A stretch of DNA of 63,998 bases, filler included, from Octopus bimaculoides (lineage: Eukaryota), in the NCBI RefSeq assembly GCF_001194135.2. It is 8 parts of 8 records of this genome, joined end to end, with 100 filler letters (N's around TTAATTAATTAA, not from the genome) between each part and the next. Parts side by side here need not be neighbours in the genome. Positions count along the whole stretch, not along the records: positions 1 to 13,568 come from NC_069007.1; positions 13,669 to 40,082 come from NC_069005.1; 6 more parts are not named here. One strand, written 5' to 3'. Below, in pieces: positions 12,291 through 25,899 of this stretch. Within the stretch, counting starts at the first letter, position 1. Every line of letters starts with the position of its first letter. The position numbers and the translations under genes were made by a program. The notes beneath the pieces are model-generated. The model was given only the letters and a program-made list of their open reading frames with translations, had not been told where the DNA came from and did no database searches.

Positions 12291-12578
12291 GTACGTACAA
12301 TAGCTTTCAACCTGCATACACTACCCTAACATTTTCATGTGCTACATAATCACTACATTACATAGAAGATGAACCCTAACTAGGGGTGGGGTAACATTAA
12401 ACCTTTAGAAGGTAGACATCCTATAGAGGTCAGAGTATAGAGACCTCCAGTACAAGTGGTGGGGGTGGGAAGGGTGGGCACACTGCAAAACAACAAAAAA
12501 CATAGGCTGCCGGTGTCCGAGAATATTATGATGAGAACGAGATAGAATTGCGTGTTTGAAATTCTTAACCAGAGCTAT

Positions 12579-12963
12579 TGTTGTTGGCACTCCGTCGCTT
12601 ACGATGTCGAGGGTTCCAGTTGATCCGATCAACGGAACAGCCTGCTCGTGAAATTAACGTGCAAGTGACTGAGCACTCCACAGACACGTGTACCCTTCAC
12701 GTAGTTCTCGGGGATGTTCAGTGTGACACAGTGTGACAAAGTTGACCCTTTGAATTACAGGCAAAACAGAAACAGGAAGTAAGAGTGAGAGAAAGTTGTG
12801 GTGAAAGAGTACAGCAGGGTTCGCCACCATCCCCTGTCAGAGCCTTGTGGAGCTTTAGGTGTTTTCGCTCAATAAACACTCACAACGCCCGGTCTGGGAA
12901 TCGAAACCGCGATCCTATGACCGCGAGTCTGCTGCCCTAACCACTGGGCCATTGCGCTTCCAC
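12579..12963 (-). mobile_element. Full-length tRNA-derived SINE (tRNA-Arg-like head) with 12-bp TSD
   Basis: The head on the minus strand reads gtggaagcgcaatggcccagtggttagggcagcagactcgcgg..ggtttcgattccc (A/B boxes). The direct repeat AACCAGAGCTAT occurs at 12567-12578 and 12964-12975. Partial copies lie at about 6545-6819 and 13669-13743. Confidence 0.85.
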
Positions 12964-13333
12964 AACCAGAGCTATAATCAAGAGTTTTTGGTCAGCCAGA
13001 CTGACAAAATTTGATAAATGAATGAATAAGTGATGAAAATAATGAGCATGAAAGAGAGGGAGAAAGAGAGAATTAGAAGACGAAACTGTGCTTACATAGA
13101 TAAAGAAATAGATAGAATAACGAGATGAACTAATAAGGTAATTATGATCTGCACTGGAAAAGAGAGGTTTTAGATGTGTGCTAGGTCGGAAAACAAGATT
13201 GCTTATCTGAACATCCGGTTTTCTACTCTGTTGGTGAGGTATTAAAATGAGATACGGGGAACTGAATGAGCTAGTTTATATAGGGTGGGGTGGCGGAGAA
13301 TGGAGGTAAGTGTTGGGGAAGCAAATGGTTATC

Positions 13334-13364
<31 letters not shown>

Positions 13365-13451
13365 TCAAGACAGCAAGATCAGAGTTAGGCTGGTCAAAGA
13401 CAGAACACAAGGAGACAGAATTCAGATATTTAGAGTAACATAATTAACGAA

Positions 13452-13506
<55 letters not shown>

Positions 13507-13568
13507 TCCCTTATTCCCCTCTCCAAATACATAAATGAATGTATGTATATATATATATATATATATAT

Positions 13569-13668
13569 NNNNNNNNNNNNNNNNNNNNNNNNNNNNNNNN
13601 NNNNNNNNNNNNTTAATTAATTAANNNNNNNNNNNNNNNNNNNNNNNNNNNNNNNNNNNNNNNNNNNN
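13569..13668. other. Artificial assembly spacer 44N-TTAATTAATTAA-44N
   Basis: An identical 100-nt construct also occurs at 40083-40182, 47784-47883, 50165-50264, 51882-51981, 57903-58002 and 62687-62786. The 12-mer has stop codons in all six frames. Confidence 0.95.
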
Positions 13669-14273
13669 AACATTCACAACACCCAGTCTGGGAATCGAAA
13701 CCGCGAGTCTGCTGCCCTAACCACTGGGCCATTGCGCCTCCACATATATATATATATATATATCATTGCTATTATGCAAAAGTGTCTTAGGTCAGAAAAA
13801 CAAAAATGCATTTTCAGTAAAATGGGAAAATAGTTTTACCATTCCATTTCTTTTTTTACATTAGTAACAGTTTCAGCTTAACAACAATGCTTTGTTGGGT
13901 GCATAAAATCGTAACTCCATGCATGTATGATATTTTCAGTCTGAAATATTTTTGCAAAACTGTTGTATGTGGAACTTAGATGATTGTTCATTTTTAGAAT
14001 GACATTGTAGGGTAGGCGTGAGAGGCCAAATCTGGCTGGTTTGAACTTGAAATGTAGAATATTCAAGCTGGCAAACACAGAAGCTAATCAGTGAATCTCT
14101 ATATGGTTGGTCAGACAAAACGTCCAAACAAAAAAAAATATACGACCAAACAGTAACAATAATGAATGTAAACGCAAACAAACGGAAAAGTTACCAGCAA
14201 CTTTTCAGCAACCCTTTGTAGTGAAAGTGCAGACAAGACAGTGATATGAGGAAACACTACAAAGTTACCTTAC

Positions 14274-14392
14274 CTTTGAAATTAAATCACAGATCATAAA
14301 TGCGCCAATTGTTGCCTCTTCATGGTTGTCTTGAATGTCAATATTAATGATGTGAGTTGGATAACTGTCCTCTTTCTCTCGACTTTCCAGCT
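14274..14392 (-). CDS. SSU72: SSU72 internal coding exon (exon 4 homologue)
   Basis: tttccAG|AG CTG GAA AGT...ATT TCA AAG|GTaagg encodes (E)LESREKEDSYPTHIINIDIQDNHEEATIGAFMICDLISK. It contains the conserved DIQDNHEEAT general-acid motif, is 119 nt, and continues the frame (G+AG = Glu). Confidence 0.95.
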
Positions 14393-15649
14393 CTGGAAAT
14401 AACAACAGAACTCAAATTATATTCGTTGCTGGGGCGGTAAGTTGTGCACCGGGATATATTGTTGATGGGGCTACATTGGACCAGCACCAGGGTATGCTGA
14501 GAGGCCATCGGGGTATGTGGTGTAGCCACTGGGGTATGCAGTGTAGCCACTGTAAACCAACTACAACAATTATTCAGAACATTCAGAGTATATTTACATT
14601 CAATTAGAAAAGGCAGGATATAGAGTGCATGGATATCCAGGAAAACAGGGTAATGGATAAATATAATGGATAAATAACCAAGAGGTTAACTGTTTGTATC
14701 CTCTTGCTGGCATTGGATTAAAAATGTCTATAATTATAATGACACTCTGCCAGTTAAGATGACAAATATTCTAATTGATCTGCTCAAGTGGCTGAGCACT
14801 CCACAGACACATGTACCTTTAACATAGTCCTCAGAAAGGTTTAGTGTGACACAGAATGGCCCTTTGAAATTCATGTGACAAGGCTGGCCCTTTGAAATAC
14901 AGGTACTACTCATTTTTGCCAGCTGAGTGAACTGGAGCAACATGAAATAAAGAATCTTGCTCAAGATCACAACATGCTACTGGATATTGAACTCATAACC
15001 TTATGATCGTAAGTGGAATATGCTAACCATTTAGTCACATGCTTTCACTGCATCCAGGGACAAGACAATACCTAACCCTTAAGCATTCAGATTATTCTGC
15101 CTAATGTTTATTTACTCATTGCTTTCATTCAATCACACATTATGTTATAGCTTTGAAATTTTGATGATATAATTGTTTATTTTTAGTAAGACATTGTAGG
15201 GTAAGTGTGAAAGGCTGGATCTGGCCAGTTTGAACCTAAGACGAGTAGAATATTTGAGTTGAATATGACCTGTTCAAATATTAAAGTGTTAACTCTCAAA
15301 ATTGCCCAGTCCACCTAGCTGAAAGCAGGGACCACTCACTGCTTTAAACATCAGAGGTTTCATTCTAAATTTGACAGGTGCTTTCTTAATTAAAAATGCT
15401 TTGTTCAACTCTTCCAGTGAGCGTGGGTACTGGTGTGTGTGTGTATTGCTAAATAAAAACAATAAAAAGCAAACATTCTAAATTAATTGAAACTTGTCCC
15501 TCGGTTGCAGAAAATAAACAAAGAACCAATAGTAATCGTTAGAGGCTCGTAAAGGCAAGGGGAGATAATTTCAAGACCTATTAGTTTTGATTAAACTGAA
15601 TATTCCTGTTGAGTGGGTAAAGTCTGGTTTTTCTAAGCGAGCAAGGCAA

Positions 15650-15692
15650 AGGTGATACATGTTTCAGTCTCATCAGACCTCATCAGCAAAGC
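15650..15692 (-). ncRNA. Minimal hammerhead-ribozyme-like motif (degenerate stem I)
   Basis: Minus strand reads gctttg CTGATGA GGTCT gatg AGACT GAAA CATG TA tcacc: intact core, stem II, palindromic ACATGT helix III, GUA site. Confidence 0.5.
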
Positions 15693-16828
15693 AGCAGTCT
15701 TCAACAGGCTGTGATCAAGTGGAAGAAAGACTTATGAAGATTTTTGGTCAGTAATTAAAAATACTGACTGAACAACTGATAACAATAAAGGAGGGATTTT
15801 AGTCCTCCTGTTTGGGACTGAACCATGTGGCTGAGAAGCAAACTTCTTATAATAGAGCCACATCTGTTTCTCTTTGGGAAATATTTAAGATTTTTTTCAT
15901 CCATCCTTATGTTCTGAGTTCAAATGCCACTGAGATCGACTTTGCCTTTCACCCTTTCAAGATCAATAAAATAAGTATCAGTTGAACTATTCCCCTTCTG
16001 GACTTGCAGGCCTTGTGCTAAAATTTGAAACCATTATTATCGTTATTTAATATTTTAGAATTCAAGACGGTCACTAACTAAGCTGCATGATGCTATTGTT
16101 TAACTCAAGACAGCACATGGGTAATTTGTGGATATCTGAGTTGTTTAGTACGTGCATGTACATTTGTACATGTGAATAAACTTGCATTCATGTAGAGGCC
16201 ATGCCTAGCACTTTCGTACACAAGTGGGTGTGCTGCATTACAGCTTATGGCTGTGTATGGGGGGGGGGGTATCATGTGCTCCATATGCTGTTGATGTGAG
16301 AAAGTGCACCAAGCCCACACTGTCATCATCATCATCATCATCGTTTAACGTCCGCTTTCCATGCTAGCATGGGTTGGACGATTTGACTGAGGACTGGTGA
16401 ACCAGATGGCTACACCAGGCTCCAATCTGATTTGGCAGAGTTTCTACAGCTGGATGCCCTTCCTAATGCCAACCACTCCGAGAGTGTAGTGGGTGCTTTT
16501 ATGTGCCACCGGCACGAAGGCCAGTCAGGCGGTACTGGCAACGGCCACAATGTAGGGAAGTTTTTTTTTCCTTTTTTTTTTCTGTAAATATGTAAAGATA
16601 TTATAGAATGCAATGAGTGACAAAACTTGTCCAAATCCATGCCAGCATGGAAAAATGGCTACATGGTTAAAAGTTCACTTCTTAACCATGTGGTTTTGGG
16701 TTCAAAACCACTGCATGGCACCCTTAGTAAAATGTTTTCTTCTCTAGACCCAGGATGACCAATGCTCTGTGAGTCAATATGATAGATGTTAAAGTATACA
16801 AAGCCTGTCATATGAGTGAATATATAGA

Positions 16829-16861
<33 letters not shown>

Positions 16862-16931
16862 TGGTATGTACACACACCTGTTCACTTGTTCATTTCATAT
16901 CCAGTTTTCTGGCATGGTACATACACATATC

Positions 16932-16963
<32 letters not shown>

Positions 16964-17091
16964 CATACATACATACATACATACATACAATAATGTGCTT
17001 AAAGTAAAGAAATAATGGGCTGCTTAAAACAGTGGTTCTCGACCATTTTTTGCCTATGGCTTAGTGAAATGAGAATATTTTTCATACTGAC

Positions 17092-17231
17092 CTTCTAGAA
17101 TCTGGTCGTATACTCTCTCTTCACACGATACTATCACATCGAACTGTTCATGACAATTTTGAAACCGCTCAGGTCGCTGTTTTATTCTCCGGTTACGGTC
17201 AAGCATATGGAGAATTCCATTCTGTGTATAT
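17092..17231 (-). CDS. SSU72: SSU72 internal coding exon (exon 3 homologue)
   Basis: cttAG|A TAT ACA CAG...CTA GAA G|GTcagt encodes YTQNGILHMLDRNRRIKQRPERFQNCHEQFDVIVSCEERVYDQILE. It is 140 nt and joins in frame to the upstream exon (TT+A = Leu). Confidence 0.96.
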
Positions 17232-18973
17232 CTAAGTTGGTGGTTAAGGAGTTCAAACGAAAAATTTGGCAAAAGAGATACAGGAGGAAAATAACAAGAA
17301 TAACATTGACAAAAAAAAAAAGAAAGAAAAAGGTTAAAAAAAAAATGGAGATTTACCAGGACAGAAAATGTGACATGGTTGACATTTGAATTACATGCAC
17401 CACTCATTTTTGTCCAGCTGAGTGGACTGGAGCAACAGGGCCAGCAATCGAACTCCCAACCATATGATCATGAACCAAATAGCCTAATCACTAAGCCATG
17501 CACCCTTCACATATTTAAAAACGGGTCANNNNNNNNNNNNNNNNNNNNNNNNNNNNNNNNNNNNNNNNNNNNNNNNNNNNNNNNNNNNNNNNNNNNNNNN
17601 NNNNNNNNNNNNNNNNNNNNNNNNNNNNNNNNNNNNNNNNNNNNNNNNNNNNNNNNNNNNNNNNNNNNNNNNNNNNNNNNNNNNNNNNNNNNNNNNNNNN
17701 NNNNNNNNNNNNNNNNNNNNNNNNNNNNNNNNNNNNNNNNNNNNNNNNNNNNNNNNNNNNNNNNNNNNNNNNNNNNNNNNNNNNNNNNNNNNNNNNNNNN
17801 NNNNNNNNNNNNNNNNNNNNNNNNNNNNNNNNNNNNNNNNNNNNNNNNNNNNNNNNNNNNNNNNNNNNNNNNNNNNNNNNNNNNNNNNNNNNNNNNNNNN
17901 NNNNNNNNNNNNNNNNNNNNNNNNNNNNNNNNNNNNNNNNNNNNNNNNNNNNNNNNNNNNNNNNNNNNNNNNNNNNNNNNNNNNNNNNNNNNNNNNNNNN
18001 NNNNNNNNNNNNNNNNNNNNNNNNNNNNNNNNNNNNNNNNNNNNNNNNNNNNNNNNNNNNNNNNNNNNNNNNNNNNNNNNNNNNNNNNNNNNNNNNNNNN
18101 NNNNNNNNNNNNNNNNNNNNTTATACGAGGTGCTTAAACCAGAATTCCACCAGCTTCAGCTCTCTGTGAAATTAGGTTAGGAAAGATCTAAGAGCTTCAG
18201 AGAATTTACCATAGGGTTGTGGGATTGTGTAGTTAGATGCTGAGATGGAATTTTCAGGACTTTTATGCTCATTCATTCCACTCTGTTGGTGTTCAGCCCC
18301 AAACAAGCTAACCTTCACTAAGAACACCCATGATCAAAAACATTCTAGCCATGATCGATCTGTCCTTTTAGCAATATCCTGCACATTATTCAATGTGAGC
18401 CTTAATTTTTTTTTTTTTTTGAGGGGAAACTTTACTACTATTTCTAGCAGATTGAGCCACCACATAGAGCAGTAACGAGCAACATGTGGTCTGCTTCCTG
18501 AATGACATGCCTAAATGAAAAGTTAATTATTTTTAATAGCACCGCCTGCCTAATGACAAACCAGGTTTCATGTGGCCCACTCCTTGGGAAAGATTTTTCA
18601 TGCCTGATGCAGAGGCTCTCTTGTTATTTTATTGTAGACTAATGGCCAACCAAAATAGTACTAATACTTCATTTTCTGTTCCTGAAACATAACCTAGTCT
18701 ATTTAACTGTACTATGTTCCTAATAAATGATTAAAATCTAATATACTGTTTTCCTGGTAAATGGCTCACTTCTGCATAGAAGTCGATAGGTACCATGAGA
18801 GAAAGGGACAGTTTAGTATTGAAGGCAGCACTATCAATCCTACCAGTGTCCTAACCAAGAGAGTTTTCCTCTGTATTGAGTTAAATTACGCCACAGGCTC
18901 TTCACCTGATGAGGACCTTCCATCAATCCCTTGTGGTGTTAAAATCTTGCTTCATGTTGTGTTGAGGTAAACA

Positions 18974-19022
<49 letters not shown>

Positions 19023-19647
19023 AAGAGAAAGAGAGACCACTACCATCACCACCACTTGACAACTAGTGATGGTTTGCAACAAAATATGCAAACTTGTTTT
19101 TGGAAACATCAAATGTGTGTCATGCCATACAGGCTTTGTTCAAAATAAACTTTGCTGCTATTTTTAACAGACTGAGTCACCACATAGGGCAGTAACAAGC
19201 AACCTGCAGGACTTTCTGAATGACACACCTAAATGAAAAAAATTGATTATTTTTAATTAGTGCTGCCTGCCTAATGACAAACGAGGTGGCCCACTTCTTG
19301 GAAAAGATCGCTCACGTCTGATGTAGAGGCTCAAAGTAATATTTTGAGCACAGTATAGACGTGAATACAGCAGAAAGCTTGGCTATTTTACCCTTATATG
19401 ATGGAAAAAGTTGTCAGCAGTCGCAGGACTTGAACTCATACCTCCCTGCTGACAAGTTTTTTTTTTCTATCATATAATGGTAAAATACCCAATCTTTCCG
19501 TTTACACAGCTATACTGCATTTGAAATATTACTTTCTTGTCTGTATGATACATTCTGAGTAATATTAAGCTTTCCTTACATAAGTCCCTGGTGGTTGGAA
19601 AAACTGGCAATCAGCATCATATACAAGGCTAGGACAAAGAGATACAG

Positions 19648-19835
19648 CAGTGCTCTGCAACCGGTATGCTGCGACACACTGGTATGCCACAAGACGATGC
19701 TAGATGCGCCACTGTGTAACCTGAATATAATTTTTTTTCCCTATACTTTTAGTTATATTTTTACTTCAGGTGTGTTGCTGAATTTTGAAAAGAATATAAG
19801 TGAACCACAAGTGAAAAAAAGGTTGTGGAGCACTG
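19648..19835. mobile_element. hAT-type MITE
   Basis: TIRs cagtgctctgcaacc / ggttgtggagcactg; flanks agatacag / ctatacag (6/8 match, decayed 8-bp TSD). Confidence 0.6.
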
Positions 19836-19984
19836 CTATACAGGACAGGCAAATGATTAGTTTCTGTTTCCCAAAGAATGAAAATCAAACTTTATCTCTG
19901 TGGAATTTAGACTCAGTAACACAGAGAGATTGAATAACACAAGCGATTCTCTAGAAGTCTAACAACTTTGACAATTTCACACAC

Positions 19985-20162
19985 ATACGTAGGCGTAGGA
20001 GTGGCTGTGTGGTTAGTAGCCTGCTTACCAACCACATGGTTCCGGGTTCAGTCCCACTGCGTGGCACCTTGGGCAAGTGTCTTCTACTATAGCGTCGGGC
20101 CGACCAAAGCCTTGTGAGTGGATTTGGTAGGCGGAAACTGAAAGAAGCCCATCGTATATATG

Positions 20163-20216
<54 letters not shown>

Positions 20217-20435
20217 AATATGTTTGTGTGTCTGTGTTTGTCTCCCCAACATCGCTTGACAACCAATGCTGGTGTGTTTACATCCCCGTAACTTAGCGGT
20301 TCGGCTAAAAGAGACCGATAGAATAAGTACTAGGCTCACAAAGAATAAGTCCTGGGGTCGATTAGTTCGACTAAAAGGTGGTGCTACAGCATGGCCACAG
20401 TCAAATGACTGAAACATGTAAAAGAGTAAAAGAGA
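19985..20435 (+). mobile_element. tRNA-derived SINE with internal (TA)n(TG)n microsatellite
   Basis: Head ggagtggctgtgtggt..ggttccgggttcagtcccac and tail cagtcaaatgactgaaac..taaaagag. Opposite-orientation copies lie at about 3950-4230, 23525-23895, 28135-28525, 38660-39065, 48512-48880, 51735-51881 and 52370-52765. Confidence 0.85.
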
Positions 20436-23400
20436 ATATACACACACACACAGACGTGTCTCAACAGCTATTTCATTGGACAACTAACAAAATAAATCTA
20501 GGTTTGACAAGTATTGTAGCTTGCCTCACTCAATCTGCTAAGACAGCACCACCACGGCAACTATTATGGCTAGATTATGGCTGAGCAATTAGCAACACAA
20601 ATAGTAACAAGCAATAAAGATTAATTCCTCGAGCATTACAATGTCCAAGGCTACAAACAAAAGAAAATCAACCTACACAAGTTGCCATGGAAACGGAAAT
20701 GAAAATAGACGTAAAACAGTTTATACGTAAGATTTTGCTTAGGCAGAGCAATACTAATAACCCGTTATTATAACTGAATATACATAGGCTTTGAAACGTT
20801 TACCCAATAAACATGCACTTCGTTTTAAAGGCATGGAAGAGCATGGCTTAGTGGTTAGGGTGTTGGACTCGTGAGTGGGAGACTGTGGCTTCGATTCCTG
20901 GATTGAGCAATGAATTGTGTTCTTGAGCAAAGCACTTCATTTCACATTGCTCCAGTCCCCTCAGCTGGTAAAAAGGAGTAATCCTGCAACAGACCAGCAT
21001 CCTAGAAACTCTGCCAAATCAGACTGGAGTCTGGTGTAGCCACCTGGTCCACCAGTCCTCAGTCAAATCGTCCAACCCATGCTAGCATGGAAAGCGGACG
21101 TTAAACAATGACGATGATGATGATGATATATATATACACACACACACCGGAGAAACCAGCCCCATGTTCCTTATGGAGAAAGGATTATAAAAGTACAATG
21201 AGTAAGGCCTACTGTACAACTGACATGTCATGCTACATTTAAGTCCAGTTGTGGGGCAAAACAACCTTTCTCAATAGACAGTGAGATACCAAAGAGATGA
21301 AAACACAAGCATGAATATCACATCAGCTATCAGTGCTCTCATAGCACTACGTAAGGCCTCTGGCAATCAGGGCTCACTGTTTATCAGCAAAGGTCCTCTC
21401 CAGAGGGTTTTTATTTATTNNNNNNNNNNGTTTTTTTTTTTTTTTTTTTTTTTTTTTTTGAATGGCCATACAGCAATTGCCCATGTAGCAAGCCTCTTTC
21501 CTTCTCTGCATGATGCTGATGTTATCTGTGCATAAGGGAAGGGCTGATACAGTTCGACACTGGTGGTGTTGCAGTCAAACAGACTATAAACAGCTGAAAC
21601 AAAGACAGCAAGGCTCTAATAACACTCCTTTCTACTACAGGCACAAGGCCTGAAATTTTGGGGGAGGGGGCTAGCCGATTACATCAACCCCAGTGTTTCA
21701 CTGGTACTTAATTTATCGACCCTGAAAGGATGAAAAGCAAAGTCAACCCCGGCAGAACTTGAACTCAGAACATAGCAATGGGCGAAATACCGCTAAGCAA
21801 TTTGTCCAGCAAGCTAACGATTCTGTCAGCTTGCCGCCTTAAGGCTCTAATAATACTGCCAATCCATTACCTACACTACATTTCAATACTCATACCAGTA
21901 CCACATCAAAATCACCCAGCATTCATTGTAAAGTAGTTAGCATTAGGAAGGGCATCCAGCCATAGAAACCATGCCAAATCAGAGTGGAACCTGGTGCAGC
22001 TCTCTGGTTTGCCTGCTCTGATCAAAACGTCCAACCCATGCCAGCATGGAAAATGGACATTAAAGAATGATGATTATAATAGTTTGTCACTAATCTCACT
22101 TCCTGTAGACTACCACTGGTGCAAATAAACCACTGATCTAACTATTATGACGTATCTCATGTTATATCGTATGACACTCCTGTATGCTTACACTTCTGTC
22201 TTGTGGTCTCTATACTGTCAGATACACATATAGTTCGTGTACAGCTGGTTACTCAGCCTGTGTACTCTTTGTTCTTTTGGTTACACCTTTAGCTTTCTAC
22301 ACTGCTTTTCCAGTAACATACCTGTAGCTTTGTGTACCCTGGTCTTGTTAACCTTTTCCTAAAGAAGGGGAAAAAAAAAACAAAACCTAACTAGTTCCAG
22401 CTCAGGAACTGCAGCTATACTGAAGCACCACCATTGAAAAAGCAAGTTAACCATTAGAGACAATGGGGAATCAAACCCACTCCTAATGGAATATTTGATG
22501 TGCTACCATTACACCAACAGCCTTCTTAGTTGTATCAGTTTATGATAAAACTTATCCACAACACCCTCCTATAGGTGAGTGTTAGAGTGATGAGGGAAAA
22601 AGATTGAACTAGGGACAATCATCATCATCATCATTTAATGTCAACTTTTACATGTTTCTGTGGGTTGAATGGAATTTGCCAAGTAGGATTTTTTCTACAA
22701 CCAGCTGCCCTCTCCTGTTTTCAAGTGAGGTAATATTCCCCATGAATTGACATGTTGTCACAGAGGATTGAAAATAAAGGATACTGCTTGCATGATGGCA
22801 GCATTCATTTACAACTATCACATGAAGTCAAGGCAAGGAACTAGTAACACATATACACACACACAATGAGCCTTTCAGTTTTGTTTACCAAATCCACTCA
22901 CAAGGCTTTGGTTGGCCCAGGGTTATAGTAGAAGATACTTGCCTAAGGTGCCATGCAGTGAGACTGCAACTGAAACCGTGTGGCTGAGAAGCAAATCTCT
23001 GACCACACAACCAAACCTAACTCTCTACATATTAACATTTGACCAGAAGAACTTTGAGACATATGGTCAATGATGTAGGCAGTTCAAAAGATGGCACTGT
23101 AATTAACAAACCAGGAGAAGACAAGGTTAAAGATGAAGCTAATAGAAACGCTAGATAGGTTAGATTAGGAGTTAAGAGAAACAGGAATACACAAGACTAA
23201 AGATGAAGCCAACAGAACAGAGGACACAAGCTAGACCTGTAGTTAGCAGAATCAGGAACATGATAGCACTGACAAACTAGGACTTACATGATGGTGGGGA
23301 GGCTAATATTAATATATATTAAGGTGGTGAGCTGGTATAATCGTTAGCACGTCGGGCGAAACGGTTAGCAGCATTTTGTCTGTTTTCATGATCTGAGTTC

Positions 23401-24812
23401 AAATTCTGCCAAGGTCAATTTTGCCTTTCATCTTTTCAGGGTCATTGAATTGAACTGACAACCTTATGATCAGGAGCGAAATAACCTCGCCCTCAAAGCT
23501 GTGTGTCTTCAACATTATATGCATTCTTTTATTCTTTTACATGTTTCAGTCGTTTGACTGCAGCCATGCTGGAGCACCACCTTTAATCGAGCAAATCGAC
23601 CCCAGGACTTATTCTTTGTAAGCCTANNNNNNNNNNAAGTTACGGGGACTCAAACACACCAACATTGGTTGTCAAGCAATGGTGGTGGTGGGGGGGGGGA
23701 GACAAACAGACACACAAACATACACACATATATACGACAGGCTTCTTTCAGTTTCTGTCTACCAGATCCACTCACAAGGCTTTGGTTGTTGGCCCAAGGC
23801 TATAGTAGAAGACGCATGCCCAAGGTGCCACACAGTGGGACTGACCCCAGAACCATGTAGTTGGTAAGCAAGCTACTTACCACACAGCCACTCTTCTCCC
23901 CTACTTGCAATTTTATTGGATGTAGCTGTGCATCATTAACCAGCTAGAGATGTCCTCTTGGGGTTAAAAAATTGCAGCAGAGTCTGCTCAAATGGACAAC
24001 CATATTGGAGTAGCTACGAATATTATTTTTATATATACACATATATATAAATATATATATGTGCATACACATGCATCCATCCATCCATCCATACATACGG
24101 TTTAAATGTTAAAGGGTTAAATCTATTCTGACTTGGATCGGATAAATCACTGTTACAACTATACCCACCATTTATAATATAAAACTGAATTTCCTGTAAT
24201 TGAATATACTTTTTTTTTAACCCTTAAGCATTTAGATTACTTTGTCAATTGTAATTCACATCGTTTTGAATTTATCATGCCATTATATTGTAGCTTGAGA
24301 TTTTGAGGTTACGCTTGTTTATTTTTAGAATATCAGATTGGAGCCTGGTGCAGCTTCCCAGCTGCCAGTTCCCAGTCGAACTGCCCAACCCATGCCAGCA
24401 TGGAAAACAGACGTTAAGTGATGATGATGATGATCCATGTTCAAACTGGCCAGTTTGAATATGAAACAGGTAGAATATTTGGCCAGATATGGCTGGTTTA
24501 AATAACTGGCATCGGTCACAACATGGGTTCCAGTCGATTCAATCAACGGAAAGTAACGTGAAAGTGGCTGAGCACTCCACAGACACGTGTACCCTTAACA
24601 TAGTTCTCAGGGAGATTCTGCGTGACACAGAATGTGACAAAGCTGGCCCTTTGAAATACAGGTACTGCTCGTTTTTGCCAGCTGAGTGAACTGGAGAAAC
24701 ATAAAATAAAGTGCTTATGGACACAATGCTCCAATGAGAATTGAACTGATGACCTTATGATTGAGAGCCAAATACTTTACTCACTAAGCCATGTGCCTTC
24801 AACATATGTGTG

Positions 24813-24844
<32 letters not shown>

Positions 24845-25515
24845 CTCTATTACTAAATGTGTGTGTGTGCATATATATATATAATATATACTCCATGACT
24901 AAATTGTTGGGTGCTTGCTGATCAGAAAGAACACCATTGCTAATAACTATTTCTAATGGTCAAACTAATATAATTAAAGCTTCTACCAGATCAGGGGGAG
25001 GAGGAGGATTGAATCATGCACATCCAGTCTTTACTGCTGTTTCTTCTATAAATTAACAAATGGAAAATGAAAGAAACCCACTGTGTATATGTGTGTGTGT
25101 GTGTGTGTTTCTATGAATGCATTAGTGTTTCCCCTCATCTCTACATGTGTTCACTGACTGTAAACCAAGGTTCATACAGATAGTGTCCTTTCCTTGCAGT
25201 CCACTACAAAGGCATTTCAAGGCTGCTTGACATGTAGCATTATCTTTCTAAATTTGACTCCAGTTCGCCATGTAGTGAAGTCCAGGCCGTTCATTTTTCG
25301 ATAAACTAGGATGTTATTATCTCACATGGAAAGGAACAGCATGTCAGAGTGATAGCATCCATTTTTTGCTTAGCTCCAGGTAAGCCTAGTGAAAAACATT
25401 TTAGCAATGACCAACCTGTCTTATTTTTTATGGGTATCTAAGAGTACATTACCCAATGTGTTCTTCCTTATTTAAGATGATGTGGTTTGATTTTTCAGGA
25501 GATATGGCATACCAT

Positions 25516-25899
25516 TGGAGGCGCAATGGCCCAGTGGTTAGGGCAGCGGACTCGCGGTCATAGGATCGTGGTTTCGATTCCCAGACCGGGCGTTGTGAGT
25601 GTTTATTGAGCGAAAACACCTAAGCTCCACGTGGCTCTGGTCGCGGGTGGTGGCGACCCCTGTTGTACTCTTTCGCCCCAACTTTCTCTCACTCTTTCTT
25701 CCTGTTTCTTGAGTAACGCTGTGATGGACTGGCGTCCCGTCCAGCTNNNNNNNNNNNNNNNNNNNNNNNNNNNNNNNNNNNNNNNNNNNNNNNNNNNNNN
25801 NNNNNNNNNNNNNNNNNGGGGGAACACATACACCATAGAAACCAGGAAACCGGGCCCATGAGCCTGGCTAGGCTTTGAAAGGGTGAAAAGGAAGAAAAA
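25516..25899 (+). mobile_element. Full-length tRNA-Arg-like SINE with 12-bp TSD
   Basis: Starts tggaggcgcaatggcccagtggttagggcagcggactcgcggtcataggatcgtggtttcgattccc. ATGGCATACCAT is duplicated at 25504-25515 and 25900-25911. Confidence 0.85.

Noticed and set aside
13613-13624. Recurrent TTAATTAATTAA palindrome (7 times) that could look like a regularly spaced regulatory or recombination motif
   Set aside because: Always centred in exactly 44N+12+44N; an artificial scaffold spacer with six-frame stops, not biology.
18905-18960. CTGATGAGGAC, a possible additional hammerhead core (also CTGATGA at 3851, 5531, 54045 and 61904)
   Set aside because: No stem II closing onto a GAAA and no stem I; chance heptamers.
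20385-20432. SINE tail CAGTC-AAAT-GACTG-AAAC resembling half a hammerhead
   Set aside because: No upstream CUGANGA core; better explained as the 3' stem-loop of the SINE.
22461-22522. tRNA-Gly(TCC)-like sequence on the minus strand
   Set aside because: Only A/B-box-like remnants; the stems do not pair. At best a decayed pseudogene or SINE head.
25516-25590. tRNA-Arg-like sequence
   Set aside because: It is the head of a SINE with body and TSD, and has no proper acceptor stem, so it is not a tRNA gene.
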